Source of the DNA: an uncultured archaeon
GTDB lineage: Archaea > Thermoplasmatota > Thermoplasmata > Thermoplasmatales > Thermoplasmataceae
Reading direction: 5' to 3'
Length of the DNA: 64,000 nucleotides
Assembly: GCA_000965745.1 (NCBI GenBank)
Contig: CP009479.1
Span: 256,001 to 320,000 of the forward strand
Part shown: positions 1 through 11,045 of the stretch, in pieces
Position numbering within the stretch: the first letter of the stretch is position 1
How the letters are laid out: every line of letters begins with the position of its first letter
Position numbers and translations under genes: made by a program
Notes under the pieces: model-generated
Database searches by the model: none
Told to the model about the DNA's origin: nothing
What the model saw: the letters and a program-made list of their open reading frames with translations, nothing else

Positions 1-436
1 GGATGGATGCTGCGAGCCCGATCACTTCAGCATCAGCTTCTGCAGTGTCTGGGCCAAATATGTCGGCATTGAACTGTATGTGCTCCCTGAGCCTTCCTGC
101 CTGCGGCTCCTCGTATCTCCATAGCTTGGGCGTGCCGTACCACCTTACCGGCCTTGATATGTCCTTTCTTGAGGTGAGCATTCTAACTACAGAAGGTGTG
201 AATTCCGGGATCATCGTCACTTCCCGCCCTCCTTTGTCAACAAAGGAGTAGGTCTGCGAGACGAGTTCCTCACCAGACTTTATCCTGTAAAGGTCAAGGG
301 ATTCCAGGCTCGGAACATCAACCTTCAGGAAGCCGAAAATCTCAGCCTGCCTTTCAGCTACACCAAGCAGCCTCTTCCTGGGGCCCATGTCCTCCGGGAA
401 CTGGTCCCTGAAACCCTTGATCTTTTCAATCTTCAT
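1..436 (-). CDS. hisS: Histidyl-tRNA synthetase, 5' part (runs off window)
   Basis: Not in the ORF track. Manual translation from ATG at 436: [16 protein letters not shown]...[23 protein letters not shown]...[23 protein letters not shown], class II HisRS motifs. Confidence 0.95.
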   Translation of the reverse strand, partial: MKIEKIKGFRDQFPEDMGPRKRLLGVAERQAEIFGFLKVDVPSLESLDLYRIKSGEELVSQTYSFVDKGGREVTMIPEFTPSVVRMLTSRKDISRPVRWYGTPKLWRYEEPQAGRLREHIQFNADIFGPDTAEADAEVIGLAASI

Positions 437-541
437 TCCTGACAGAAATTGCACACCCCCATATTTATTTTCATGATCCTGCCGGAATTCGTGTAAATAA
501 TATGGCTGTTTAATCTATATTCCAGGCTTACAATAATTATA

Positions 542-561
542 TATATGCACTTGTGTATATA
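542..561. promoter_or_regulatory. Imperfect inverted repeat overlapping the TATA box of the HTH regulator (possible operator)
   Basis: TATATGCAC-tt-GTGTATATA (8/9 pairs), 7 nt before ATG 569. Confidence 0.35.
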
Positions 562-568
562 ATATGCA

Positions 569-904
569 ATGGACAGGGACAGGGCAAATGAGGTCTATGA
601 TCTGCTGCGTAACGCAGGATACAGCAGGAACAAGGCCAAGATTCTCGCTCTCCTTGAACAGGTTAAAGGGGCAAGGCTTGAAAGCATGGTTAAGCTCCTC
701 GGCATAAATTCTTCCAGAGCAAACCAGACCCTGAATTTTCTGCTCTCCCAGGGGTTTGTACAGAGAATGGAAAAGAAGGACACCCCCGGAGTCGGAAGAT
801 CCTACCACATATACAGGCTCAGGGTCCCGATACAGGAAGTCATAAGGGCAGGAAAGAACAAGATCAAGGTTTACATTTCAGACGACTTTGATATTGACTA
901 CTGA
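569..904 (+). CDS. Winged-helix transcriptional regulator (TrmB/ArsR-like)
   Basis: HTH plus wing signature LLSQGFVQRMEKKDTPGVGRSYHIYRL. Confidence 0.75.
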   Translation: MDRDRANEVYDLLRNAGYSRNKAKILALLEQVKGARLESMVKLLGINSSRANQTLNFLLSQGFVQRMEKKDTPGVGRSYHIYRLRVPIQEVIRAGKNKIKVYISDDFDIDY

Positions 905-917
905 CTCCATGGCCATG

Positions 918-2063
918 TCATTCCTTGTAGTTTCTATAGGATACGAAGAGCAGTATGTCATAAAGTATTTTTATCCCGCCGCCAAGGAAAAATACTGAAG
1001 AAGCTGCTGTCTCAATAAGCAAGCCGGCTATACCAGGCCCGGGCACCTGCGATCCGTTCCTCACCACGAGGAAGTTTGAATTGCTCCTGATCCTGTGCTC
1101 CGGCGGAATTATGGTATTTATGAAACTGTCCCTGCCCGGGACATCCATCTGGCTTGTGGTCTGCCTGAGGTACAGCATGATCTGGCTCAGCAGCAGGGTG
1201 TGGAAAACAGGGACCATGATCAGGAAGAAATTGCTCACTATGTGGGAATAAACCATTGTGCGTATCAGGCCAAGCCTGTCGGCCAGCATTGAGGCGATTA
1301 TTATTGAAACTGCAGTGACGACATTTATGATGACAAACATCAGTCCTGCCTGGGACAGCGATATGTTGTACACGGCCTTGAACCAGAGTGCAATCACCGA
1401 AGTCACCACCAGGCCTCCCCCGAATGCATCCATCGCGAAGAGGTAGGAGAGTTTCCTGACAGTCTTCAGAGTAGGTTCATCGAATTTTTTCGGGGACTCC
1501 CGCTCAATTTTTTCAGGGAATTTGATCGCAAGGTATGGTATGAATTGCAGGGCCGCAAGAACAAGGTCAATGAGGAAATAAAACTGGAAATTGCCCGAGC
1601 CGTATATGAAAAGTATCAGTGAGGCCAGGGACCCGGCACCGTAGGAAGAGAAATTATAGACGGAGAATGCGTAGTTCTTGCTCCTCTGGGATGGCTCATA
1701 GGTGCTGATTGAGAATTTCTCTATCGTCTCGTTTGCAGTCATGTCACGCCCGGAGAGTGTGATGCCACCAATGATGAGCGCTACAATGAAGAGATAGAAC
1801 CCGCTGGAAAAGAGGAGAATTGCCATTGAAGCAGTAAAGAGGGATGCAAGCAGTAGCATCCTGTTCCTCAGGTTCACCTTCAGGTAGGCGAATGTGTACA
1901 CAAAGACGGTAGAAATAACGACTGCCAGCACAATGACTGCACCAATCCCGAGTGCGGACAATCCCAGCCCTGAGAGGTAAAAAGGCGTGATGACCGCAAT
2001 CATCGTAAGGACGAAGGATCTCACAAATTTTGAGAAGGAAAGGAGGACGCTCTGAAGCTTCAT
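918..2063 (-). CDS. MFS transporter
   Basis: About 12 hydrophobic segments, motif LADRLGLIRT; start moved to MKLQSV (ATG 2063). Confidence 0.85.
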   Translation of the reverse strand: MKLQSVLLSFSKFVRSFVLTMIAVITPFYLSGLGLSALGIGAVIVLAVVISTVFVYTFAYLKVNLRNRMLLLASLFTASMAILLFSSGFYLFIVALIIGGITLSGRDMTANETIEKFSISTYEPSQRSKNYAFSVYNFSSYGAGSLASLILFIYGSGNFQFYFLIDLVLAALQFIPYLAIKFPEKIERESPKKFDEPTLKTVRKLSYLFAMDAFGGGLVVTSVIALWFKAVYNISLSQAGLMFVIINVVTAVSIIIASMLADRLGLIRTMVYSHIVSNFFLIMVPVFHTLLLSQIMLYLRQTTSQMDVPGRDSFINTIIPPEHRIRSNSNFLVVRNGSQVPGPGIAGLLIETAASSVFFLGGGIKILYDILLFVSYRNYKE

Positions 2064-2707
2064 TACAATTCGTGATTCCACGCATTCAATAAATATTTCT
2101 GGATCTGACTGCATGCGAATCGCCAGCCACTCTTGGATGTGGGAACCAGTAGATTAGAGGGTCAATCGTCTCGCACCAGGATATTTAGTTATCACAAATT
2201 ATTGAGGATTATATATATTCTTATACGTAAATGTGCATTAATCATTACATAATTTCTTCAAACGGGCATGGCAGGATCTCCTGTCTTCATTCTCGACAAA
2301 GTGGGATCAGAGGGGGGCAGGCTCATGAACCTGCGTGAACCGGGTGATGCGCCAGGAACTGAGTATTCTCCAGGATACGCTGCACTTGGAGCCACACGTG
2401 GAGAAATTCCGGGAATAGGGATAAACAGGTTGTGGTGAGCCAGCCTGGCAGCGATGCACGATTACCGGAGCCAAAATACAGGAAATGACACCGTCTCCAG
2501 TTATTCATGATGCCAGCATACAGTTGGTTCCTTGTCTGACCGACACGCGATAGGTTGACCGGCCAGATCAGCTTTCCCGGAGATTCTACCGGACCGCTGC
2601 AGGCTGGAAACAGGTGTTTTCCCCCTGGTGGAGGGAGCCCCCATGTAAAAAGGCACTCAATCTCAGGGTTGTCACAAGGATTAACTAATCATTAGGGATG
2701 TTGCAGC

Positions 2708-3853
2708 ATGAACAGACTCCTGATGCATGTGGGGCCGTCCATCGGCAACAGGGATGTCCTTCTTGCCGGTGCAAGAGACAACATCGGTTTTGCGACGAAG
2801 GATTTTGTGCAGGCCATGGGAGATTCCCTGGAAGGCCTGAGAATGGTGATGGGAGTGGGAGGAAAGTTCCAGCCATTCATACTGCCCGGGAGCGGGACCT
2901 CTGCCATGGAGAGTGTTGCTTCATTCCTGCATGAGGGTGACAGGGTGCTCATCATCACAAACGGAATCTTCGGCAACAGGTGGGAAGGCATCTTTTCAAG
3001 ATACAGGGTCAAGTGCGATGTTGTGGGAGCTGAGGCGGGAGAGTCTGTAACTCCGGATATGATCAGGGAGAAAACGGAAGGATCGCATTACAGAATGTCC
3101 TTCATGACCCACGTCGAGACCAGCACAGGTGTCAGGGCGCCTGTTGACAGCCTACTCAAGGAGCTTAAAAAAGTCTCGGACCTCATAACTGTTGATGGAG
3201 TGGCCAGCGCAGGGGGCGAACTTGTTGACGCAGAAAAGAGAGGTATCGATATCTGCCTGACCGCCAGCCAGAAGGCCATTGGTGCACCCCCCGGCGCGGG
3301 GCTGCTCGTCGCATCGGAGAAGGCTATGTCCCAGCTCGCTGACGATTCTCTTGCAGGGTATTCCCTGAACCTGAAAAACTGGCTCCCGATCATGAAAGGC
3401 ATGGAGGAGGGAAGGGGCGGATACTTTGCGACTCCCCCGATTAACACAGTCTTTTCGCTCCAGGAAGCGTTCAGGCTGATTGCCGAAGAGACCATGGCCG
3501 CCAGGCTGGAGCGTCACAAAATGGCTTCCGGGATGTTGAGAGCTGGAATAAGGGGCATGGGAATGGAAGTAGTTGCGGGTGAGGGGATCGAGAGCAATAC
3601 TGTTACAGGTCTGAGGCTCAAGAATTCGAAGCAGAAGGACGTGCTTGAGAAATCCATGAAACTCGGTGTGGAATTCGGCTCCGGAGTTCATCCCGGAGTG
3701 AAGCCTGATTATATCAGGATAGGCCACATGGGATGGGTCCAGGAACACCATGTCCTGAGGGCACTCTCTGTTCTGGAAAGGTCCCTTAAGGCCTCTGGGG
3801 AAAGCATAAAGGCGGCCGAAGGTGTCAAAGCCGCCCAGGAATTCATAACCTGA
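2708..3853 (+). CDS. Class V PLP aminotransferase (alanine-glyoxylate/serine-pyruvate type)
   Basis: GSGTSAMES, THVETSTG, VDGVAS, TASQKAIG (PLP lysine), RIGHMG. Confidence 0.92.
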   Translation: MNRLLMHVGPSIGNRDVLLAGARDNIGFATKDFVQAMGDSLEGLRMVMGVGGKFQPFILPGSGTSAMESVASFLHEGDRVLIITNGIFGNRWEGIFSRYRVKCDVVGAEAGESVTPDMIREKTEGSHYRMSFMTHVETSTGVRAPVDSLLKELKKVSDLITVDGVASAGGELVDAEKRGIDICLTASQKAIGAPPGAGLLVASEKAMSQLADDSLAGYSLNLKNWLPIMKGMEEGRGGYFATPPINTVFSLQEAFRLIAEETMAARLERHKMASGMLRAGIRGMGMEVVAGEGIESNTVTGLRLKNSKQKDVLEKSMKLGVEFGSGVHPGVKPDYIRIGHMGWVQEHHVLRALSVLERSLKASGESIKAAEGVKAAQEFIT

Positions 3854-3856
3854 TCT

Positions 3857-4453
3857 TCAGAAATAGAAGTTCATCGCGGCAAGATTTGCCATCACGAAGA
3901 TAAGCGCTATCTGGAAGAATGCCTGTGACCCTGAAAGCTTGAAATTTATCATGCCCAGCCGCGAGATCTTGCCAACATCGGGCTCCTCTTTCCTGAGTTC
4001 AAGAAATATCCTCAATTCGTTGGGCAGAAATATTCCCAGGCCCTGGATAAGCAGTATTATCACTATCACGCCGGCAGCTATTATCGCGTAATAGTGCAGG
4101 TTGAATATCCCCTCCCATATTGCAAGGTATATTCCCGCAGTTATTGTCACTGAAGAGAGGGAGGGCATGAGGAAGAGCATCATCGGCATCATCTTCTTGA
4201 TGAATTCAACTCTGGCCGGCACGTTCACCTTGGAAAGGACCCTTCCTATTACAATTCCCATGAAGAGGTCTATTCCAGTCCAGAGGGCCCCCATGAGCAC
4301 GTGGACATAATCGAGGTAAAGTTCTTTCCTGGAAACAAGCGCTGCAATAAGAGCGATGACGGGTACAAACAGATACAGAAACGAAGAGCCGCTTACAAGC
4401 TTGTCCTGATTGCTGATGGCAGGCCGGCCACCATCAACAGTGGTAGTTTCCAT
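3857..4453 (-). CDS. Integral membrane protein (about 5 TM)
   Basis: Hydrophobic pattern; DYVHVLMGALWTG. Confidence 0.7.
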   Translation of the reverse strand: METTTVDGGRPAISNQDKLVSGSSFLYLFVPVIALIAALVSRKELYLDYVHVLMGALWTGIDLFMGIVIGRVLSKVNVPARVEFIKKMMPMMLFLMPSLSSVTITAGIYLAIWEGIFNLHYYAIIAAGVIVIILLIQGLGIFLPNELRIFLELRKEEPDVGKISRLGMINFKLSGSQAFFQIALIFVMANLAAMNFYF

Positions 4454-4608
4454 TGATCTGGTTAAAATGTTTCTGTATTAGATGTTTTCCCACACATCCT
4501 TCACACTTCATGGGCCGTATGTTGCCTGCAGGCGTGGAAGAGCACATCAGCAAGGCTTCATGGCCGCTCGGGCCGCCGGTCATGAAATGCGTCCCTGATC
4601 CCGGGGAT

Positions 4609-5003
4609 ATGAGGACAGGCGACACAGACAGGAAAATAATCGATGCTCTGAGAAAAGATCCTGCAATGCCTGTCCCTGATCTTTCCCGTACTATCGTGTT
4701 GTCAGGCACTGTCGTTAGAAAAAGGCTGGAGCTGATGGAGAGGAACAGGATGACTTCAGTCATCGCAGAAGTCAACCTGACGAAGATTGACGCTGTTCTC
4801 TACTCAGTGATATCAGGGAATATCAACGATCTCCTGCCAGGGTCCACAGACCAGGTTATTTTCCTGATAACGGACCGGGATAACGGAATACTTGTCTCCC
4901 ATTCAGACAACATGAAGAGCGCCAGAGAACAGATCCTAGGATGAGAAAAACCGATCCGGAAGCATAAGTCATGGTGGTTTACGAGTACGGGTTCAGGAAG
5001 TGA
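4609..5003 (+). pseudogene. Degenerate Lrp/AsnC-type regulator fragment
   Basis: DTDRKIIDALRKDPAMPVPDLSRT...VVRKRLELME is an AsnC HTH. The frame stops at 4944 and seems to continue shifted (MRKTDPEA*VMVVYEYGFRK*) with another stop. Confidence 0.5.
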
Positions 5004-5212
5004 CGGCGAGCCTTGATAAATTCCAGGGGCAGTCACGGGTCCGGGCAATAGCTTGCATTACAGCGTGACCTTTAATACCATGAGTAAATAATAGATCTGG
5101 AGTTGCAATGACTTTTTTTGACGCCCTATCATTTGGCCACGACCCGGACATCCATTTCGGCAGAAACGTGGAAGACAGCAGGAAGCTTAAGGTCCCGGAA
5201 AGCAGCGGGGGC

Positions 5213-5692
5213 ATGCAGAACCAGTCTCTCGACGTTGAACTCAACTACGACAGAATATTCAGCATTGTGAAGAAGAACGTGAAGAAGCACCTCGGAAAGG
5301 AGAGGTCCGGGCTGGGCCTTGCGCTCTCTGATCTTCCGGCCACACTGGGCGCCTTCTGGCAGGTGGGAGGAAACTACATAGTCATGAACGAGAACCTCGT
5401 AAATGCCATGATGAGAGTATCGTCATCAGTTACTGAATTCAATTCCTATGTTTATGTAATACTTACGCACGAATATCTCCATTCCCTCGGGTATATCGAT
5501 GAGTCAGAAGCCAGGAATGTAACGGAGGAAGTTGTCAGGGCATCCTTTGGTACAGACCATTACGCCTACAGGATGAGTGCAGGAGACATATGGAGGCTGT
5601 ACCCGATGCTGAAGTATGTGAGGGGCGGAAATGGCACAAGCTTCAGGATTGTCAGCACTTTCGACTCTTCATCTACATCCTACATAGGGTGA
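5213..5692 (+). CDS. Conserved hypothetical with HExxH zincin motif
   Basis: YVILTHEYLHSLGYIDE; probable leaderless start MQNQS about 25 nt after CTTAAG. Confidence 0.7.
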   Translation: MQNQSLDVELNYDRIFSIVKKNVKKHLGKERSGLGLALSDLPATLGAFWQVGGNYIVMNENLVNAMMRVSSSVTEFNSYVYVILTHEYLHSLGYIDESEARNVTEEVVRASFGTDHYAYRMSAGDIWRLYPMLKYVRGGNGTSFRIVSTFDSSSTSYIG

Positions 5693-5959
5693 AAACCTTC
5701 TTCCGGACACCTTCCACATTATAGCAGGTTATTTTGCAATGAATAAAGCAGAATTATCACCGCTGTTGATCCAATAATAGCGGCAGGACGGACAGGTGGG
5801 AATAGATAGCCACAACTCCTCCGTTATTTCATTTCCCGGTGGTTATATTTGCAATGAATATCACGCAGGAGGGTACTGCGAAAAGAGGTTGAGCTGTACC
5901 TGGCTCACGTACTTAGATATGGCTGCGGGAGCACTGAGTGAGAGCACTGTGGATGCGGA

Positions 5960-6060
5960 TACCACAATTTTCCGGATGTCCTCGGGCCTCCCCACCCTAC
6001 CTGAAAGGTGCTGCTCATGATCGATCCTTGAAAAGTTCGGCTTCACCATCAGGAGAAATT
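5960..6060 (-). pseudogene. Remnant of a short-chain dehydrogenase C-terminus
   Basis: KPNFSRIDHEQHLSGRVGRPEDI matches the SDR C-terminal 'DH.QHP.GRVG.PEDIA' pattern; no N-terminal Rossmann motif nearby. Confidence 0.5.
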
Positions 6061-6267
6061 CTGGAAGTGCCAAATTCCTCGAAGGCAAACTGCCCGGGCA
6101 GAACATAGACGTGTAGGACAACGAGCCGCCACAGCCTGAACAGGAATGATTATCGCCCGGTTTTCTTGCATGCTGTTGTGAAAAAGGGGGAGATGGAGTA
6201 AAATTCCCTTTTTCCCAAAAACAACCGAGGAAAAATAAATAAACACCTATAATTTAGCTGACACCAC

Positions 6268-7236
6268 ATGAAACCGGATGAAAGCCCTGCTCTAAAGGCT
6301 CTGAAGAATATTTCCTGTCTGATGAACTTTGAAATGCTGGTCTCAAGGCCGGGAATAAGCGAGCCCGATTCGGATTTCATCTGGGCGTCCACCTTCAAGG
6401 CCCCCATCGGGCTGAGTTTTGTCAGGGACGACATATTTTTCAACCTTTTCCTGCCGGAAGGCTCGGAGAGCGATGGAGACAAGAAACTTTTCCTGAAAAG
6501 GGTCGGTGCGAAATTTCAGGATGACCTCTGGCAGGTCAGGAGGAGCATGGACCAGATGAAGGGGCCTTACGGCCAGGGACTCAGGGTTGTCGTTGCAAAC
6601 TTCAGGACCCTCGTGATCGATTATGCCTACATCAAGAATGGCAGGATATATGTTCATTTCACATTCAATGAAGCGGAGCTGGATGATATATCATCGGTGC
6701 TTCTGTCTGTTTCAGGACAGCTTGAAGGCCTGCGTGTCGAGTACATGAAGAGGATCGATGGAGACATCACACTTTTCAAGGGAATAGACGAGATCGATGA
6801 TGTTTCCACTATCACCATTGAGGCAACTCCAACCGGTTCGAGCGCCTCGATGAGGACACGGTACGGCGAGATCTTCTTCGTACTGGGCAATATCAGGGAG
6901 AACGGTGTAAAGGCCATAGGAAGAAGCCCCGTAAACGCCATTCCGGATATAATCAGGCCAGAGGATGTCAACGACATGGGAGGCGGCCTCTTTTCATTCA
7001 GTTCGGGAAACAGACTAATCAACAAGCTTGCAGAGTCCATGGCATCAGACTACGTCGTTCTGTACGGCTTCTACGGCTCGACCGTGAATAGCACAATAAA
7101 CCTGGTGATAAACGTGCCGAGACAGCAGACTGCGGCTGTAATGAGGATCCTGAACAATGCAGTCAAGGATGAGGCAGACTGGAAAGTGAAGCTGAAAGAG
7201 ATCACTTTCTTCAAGGATCTCATTGCCGAAAGGTGA
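6268..7236 (+). CDS. Hypothetical protein
   Basis: 322-aa ORF with host-like codon style; no motif recognised. Confidence 0.75.
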   Translation: MKPDESPALKALKNISCLMNFEMLVSRPGISEPDSDFIWASTFKAPIGLSFVRDDIFFNLFLPEGSESDGDKKLFLKRVGAKFQDDLWQVRRSMDQMKGPYGQGLRVVVANFRTLVIDYAYIKNGRIYVHFTFNEAELDDISSVLLSVSGQLEGLRVEYMKRIDGDITLFKGIDEIDDVSTITIEATPTGSSASMRTRYGEIFFVLGNIRENGVKAIGRSPVNAIPDIIRPEDVNDMGGGLFSFSSGNRLINKLAESMASDYVVLYGFYGSTVNSTINLVINVPRQQTAAVMRILNNAVKDEADWKVKLKEITFFKDLIAER

Positions 7237-7253
7237 TTCTTATGCTATATGGC

Positions 7254-7505
7254 TCAACTGGCACTTGCCCTGCTGCGGTTTCCAGCTATTGCAACAGCAA
7301 GTCCGATGGCAGTTATCACAACACCGACTATAACCAGTATTCCGGATGGGCCATAGGATGATGGCGATGGCCCGTAAGCGGATGAGCCTGCAAAACCTGC
7401 AGATATTGCCTTGCTTACAGTGACATACCAGACCCCGGAATAAGCCCATAGGACAACACCCACAACCATAAGGCCGATGCCCAGTCCGACTCTTTTGTCA
7501 ACCAT
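7254..7505 (-). CDS. Small 2-TM membrane protein
   Basis: Two hydrophobic helices; TATA-like TTAATATA about 25 nt upstream. Confidence 0.7.
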   Translation of the reverse strand: MVDKRVGLGIGLMVVGVVLWAYSGVWYVTVSKAISAGFAGSSAYGPSPSSYGPSGILVIVGVVITAIGLAVAIAGNRSRASAS

Positions 7506-7687
7506 ATATAATCAAATCAGAAAATAATATATTAATGTGTTGCCGAGTGCAGACATCAATTATTTATTTAATAATATTAACATTCACACAGTGCTGAAGC
7601 TATGATCTGCACTGCCACAGTATTATAACTTTCCTGGCAGATAATCGCGCGTGGAACATGGGAGGCGACTGTTTCTCAACGGGGGCG

Positions 7688-8263
7688 CTATGCCAGCCTC
7701 CCCGTGATCTCACCGTACCTGAAGCAGCGTGTTGTATGGTCATTGACCAGCCCGGTTGCCTGCATGAATGCGTAGCATATTGCTGAACCGGCAAACTTGA
7801 ATCCCCTCTTTTTGAGGTCCTTGCTGAGGACGTCCGACTCAGCCGTCTTCGAGGGGACCTGCGATATTTCTGCCCACCCTTTGTCTATTGGTTTTCCGCC
7901 TACAAATTTCCAGATATATGTGTCGAATGACCCGAATTCTTCCTGCACCTTCAGGAATGCTTCAGCGTTTTGAACAGCTGATGAAATTTTCAGCCTGTTT
8001 CTCACTATTCCCGGGTTGGACTGGAGCTCCTTTATCCTTGATTCGCTGTAAACTGCAACCTTTGAAGGATCGAAGTTTGAGAAGGCGTCTCTGTACCCGT
8101 CCCTCTTCTGTAGAATAGTCTTCCAGCTGAGTCCTGCCTGGGCCCCCTCAAGTACCAGGAACTCAAAGAATGTTTGGTCGTCGTGCACCGGGACGCCCCA
8201 TTCTCTGTCGTGGTATTCAACATAGAGGGGATCATCCGGAGGTACCCATTCACATCTTTTCAT
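7688..8263 (-). CDS. tag: DNA-3-methyladenine glycosylase I
   Basis: RCEW...YHDREWGVP, LEGAQAGLSW, GIVRNRLKI, MQATGLVNDH...C. Confidence 0.95.
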   Translation of the reverse strand: MKRCEWVPPDDPLYVEYHDREWGVPVHDDQTFFEFLVLEGAQAGLSWKTILQKRDGYRDAFSNFDPSKVAVYSESRIKELQSNPGIVRNRLKISSAVQNAEAFLKVQEEFGSFDTYIWKFVGGKPIDKGWAEISQVPSKTAESDVLSKDLKKRGFKFAGSAICYAFMQATGLVNDHTTRCFRYGEITGRLA

Positions 8264-8337
8264 CAGGCAGGTTAAAAGGTGAAGATGCTATTTAAATTGA
8301 GTTCTCCAGCCGGGTTTCATGACTCAGTACGGGTGGG

Positions 8338-10341
8338 CTACCATATCTCGATCCTCTTTCCAGCCAAGGGCTTGCCAGTGCTGCTGATATCCGAAAATGC
8401 CTTCTCGAAACCCGGGTGGCAGTAGACGGGAAGAGTTGCCCTGAACCTGTTGGGCGCGTGGGGATCTATTGTTGCGAGAAGCTTCACCATAGGTTCAAGT
8501 ATGTTCTGCCTCCAGATCTGCCCGTACGAGATGTAGAATCTCTGCTCGGGAGTGAATCCGTCTATGTCCTTCCTCAGCTCCGGCTCCTTTCTGAGTCGCC
8601 TCTGAAGCGCCTCATACGCTATGCTCACTCCCCCGAAATCGGCTATGTTTTCACCCAGTGTCAGCTCACCGTTCACATGCAGGCCGGGGAGAACTTCCAT
8701 GGAGCTGTACAGTTCTACAACATCCTCTGCCTTTGACATGAAGTTCTCTTCGTCTTCTGCCGTCCACCAGTCCTTTATATTCCCGTCTTCATCGTATCTT
8801 CTTCCCTGGTCGTCATAGCCATGGGTTATCTCGTGTGAAATGACTGCTCCAATGGCCCCGTAATTCACTGCAACGTCAACTGCTGTATCGAAGAAAGGAG
8901 GCTGCAGTATCCCCGCCGGGAACACGATCTCATTGTCAGGTGGAGAGAAGTATGCGTTCACGGTTGACGGGGTCATGAACCATTCGTCTTTTTCCACAGG
9001 GAGCCCTGCCCTCCTGATATGCCTCCGCACCTCAAAGGAAGCGGACCTGCAGACGTTCCCGAAGTAATCATCTTTCTTCACAACAACCGATGAGTAGTCC
9101 CTGAATTTGTCAGGGTGCCCAATCTTTGCCCTGAACTTCTCAAATTTTGCCATTGCACGCTGTTTTGTTTCATCGGTCATCCAGTCCAGGCCCTTCAGCC
9201 TGTCCACGAAGACTTCCTGAATATCCCTGACCATAAGGGACATCCTTTCTCTCGCCTCATTGTCGAAGTACTTGCGGACATAAAGTTCGCCCATGGCTTC
9301 ACCCACATGCTGATCGATAACCCTCACCGAACGCTTCCATCTCGGCTCCTGCTCCTTCTGCCCCATTATTGACTTCCCGAACATCTCGAAATGTTCTTCC
9401 TGCATGCCTGAGAACAGGTAGTCTGCTGATGCGTTGAGCACATTCCATTTCAGGTATGCTTTCAATTGTTCTATGGGAAGGCCGGGAAGGTATGATTCAA
9501 GAAACTCGAGAAACTCAGGCTGCCCTACAATTACGTAATCAAGCTCAGGAAGCTCCAGGGATTCGAAATACTTTTTCAGGCCGACTTTTGCAAACCTTTT
9601 CTCAAGTTCTGACACTGCCACCCTGTTGTAATTCTTCTCAGCGTCACGGAGTTCCGTCCTGTTCCTGCTCGCCTTTGCCAGGCTTGTTTCAATATCCATG
9701 ACTGAGGCTGCTGACCTGCCAGCATCTTCCTCACTCAAGCCGTAAATGGAAAACACCTTTTTCACGTGATCGGCATATTTCCTCCTTATATCCTCGAATT
9801 TCTCTGAGAGATAGTAGTCCCTGTCAGGAAGTGTGATACCACCCTGATCCAGGTAGAGGCCGTAGATGGAACTGTTCTTTTCGTCAGTTTTTGAGGATAT
9901 GTCAAAAAGCGGGAAAATGCCGTTCAAATGCAGGTTCACAACATTCTCCATGAATTCCCCGAAAGATCCAGTCCTGTCGAAGGAATCCATGAAATCCGAT
10001 ATTGGCCTGAACCGCAATTTTTCCAGAGTCTCGGTATCCATGGCGGAGGCGTAGAAGTCTCCCAGCATGGATTCCACCTTTCCCGTGGCATTTCCCCCGG
10101 ATTGAGTGCATGATTCAAGAATTTCCTTCAGTTTCTGGTTGTTTGATTCGTTCAATTCCGAAAACGAGTTCCAGCTTGACTTGTCCGGAGGAACCTGGTT
10201 CTCTCTTATCCATTTTCCTGAAGAATAAGTGAAGAAGTCCTGCATAGGATCCACCGAAAGGTCCATGTGTTTTATGGAAAACCCCTGGGATTCAATGCCT
10301 CCTCCACTCTGCTCTTTATCACTGCCGTCCGTTTTCTCCAT
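8338..10341 (-). CDS. M13 (neprilysin/PepO-type) metalloendopeptidase
   Basis: VNAYFSP..NEIVFPAGILQPPFF, HEITHGYD, GENIADFGG, DPHAP; start set at MEKTDG. Confidence 0.95.
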   Translation of the reverse strand: MEKTDGSDKEQSGGGIESQGFSIKHMDLSVDPMQDFFTYSSGKWIRENQVPPDKSSWNSFSELNESNNQKLKEILESCTQSGGNATGKVESMLGDFYASAMDTETLEKLRFRPISDFMDSFDRTGSFGEFMENVVNLHLNGIFPLFDISSKTDEKNSSIYGLYLDQGGITLPDRDYYLSEKFEDIRRKYADHVKKVFSIYGLSEEDAGRSAASVMDIETSLAKASRNRTELRDAEKNYNRVAVSELEKRFAKVGLKKYFESLELPELDYVIVGQPEFLEFLESYLPGLPIEQLKAYLKWNVLNASADYLFSGMQEEHFEMFGKSIMGQKEQEPRWKRSVRVIDQHVGEAMGELYVRKYFDNEARERMSLMVRDIQEVFVDRLKGLDWMTDETKQRAMAKFEKFRAKIGHPDKFRDYSSVVVKKDDYFGNVCRSASFEVRRHIRRAGLPVEKDEWFMTPSTVNAYFSPPDNEIVFPAGILQPPFFDTAVDVAVNYGAIGAVISHEITHGYDDQGRRYDEDGNIKDWWTAEDEENFMSKAEDVVELYSSMEVLPGLHVNGELTLGENIADFGGVSIAYEALQRRLRKEPELRKDIDGFTPEQRFYISYGQIWRQNILEPMVKLLATIDPHAPNRFRATLPVYCHPGFEKAFSDISSTGKPLAGKRIEIW

Positions 10342-11045
10342 TGAACTCACAACTCTGAATGTATGGACGGATGTTAGATAAAAGTTGGTTCCGGAATAAG
10401 CGGGTAAAGCTTCCGGTCGTTCCAATTGTAATTTGGCTCCAGATCTGGAGTGTAATACACAAGGATCCGATGCAGAGTAGCTAAACCTAAAATTAATAAC
10501 ATGTTTCTGCTGGCAAATAGAGCGTGCTTGAAATATAGAATCAGAGAAGCTTCAAAGGAAGAACTGCAGGAGGGAGTATCTCCGTCCTGCTTTCGTATTG
10601 TGCGATCATAAACTCAAGCAGGATTATTACTTCCTCAAGCGAAACATATCGACAGCCGTGAGGAGAAGAGGGGGGAGGCATGCCGTCCCCGCTTCCTGCA
10701 CCTTCATTCCCGCATTATGCGGCCTTTTCCTTCCTGGAATGGGTGGCGTGGGCCTCTTGCCTGCTGGAGTTGGTTCAGGATTCGATGGCATTTATCTCGC
10801 AACAAACTTGCTCTGGCCTGGAATGCCTGTCCTGTCTGTGCTGTTCCATGGATTTGCAGCGATCAGGGCAAACAGCCACTTCTGTCCGCAGTCCTCACTG
10901 GCAGGAAGGTGACAGGAGACTGGGTGGAAAAGTCAATGCCATATCTACCGGAAAGGAATTACAGAATATGACGGAAACCATCCATTTCCCTTCGTGTTAC
11001 ATTCGTTGTTGCGGTGCTTCATGAGACAGATTTTCCAGCCTTGAA

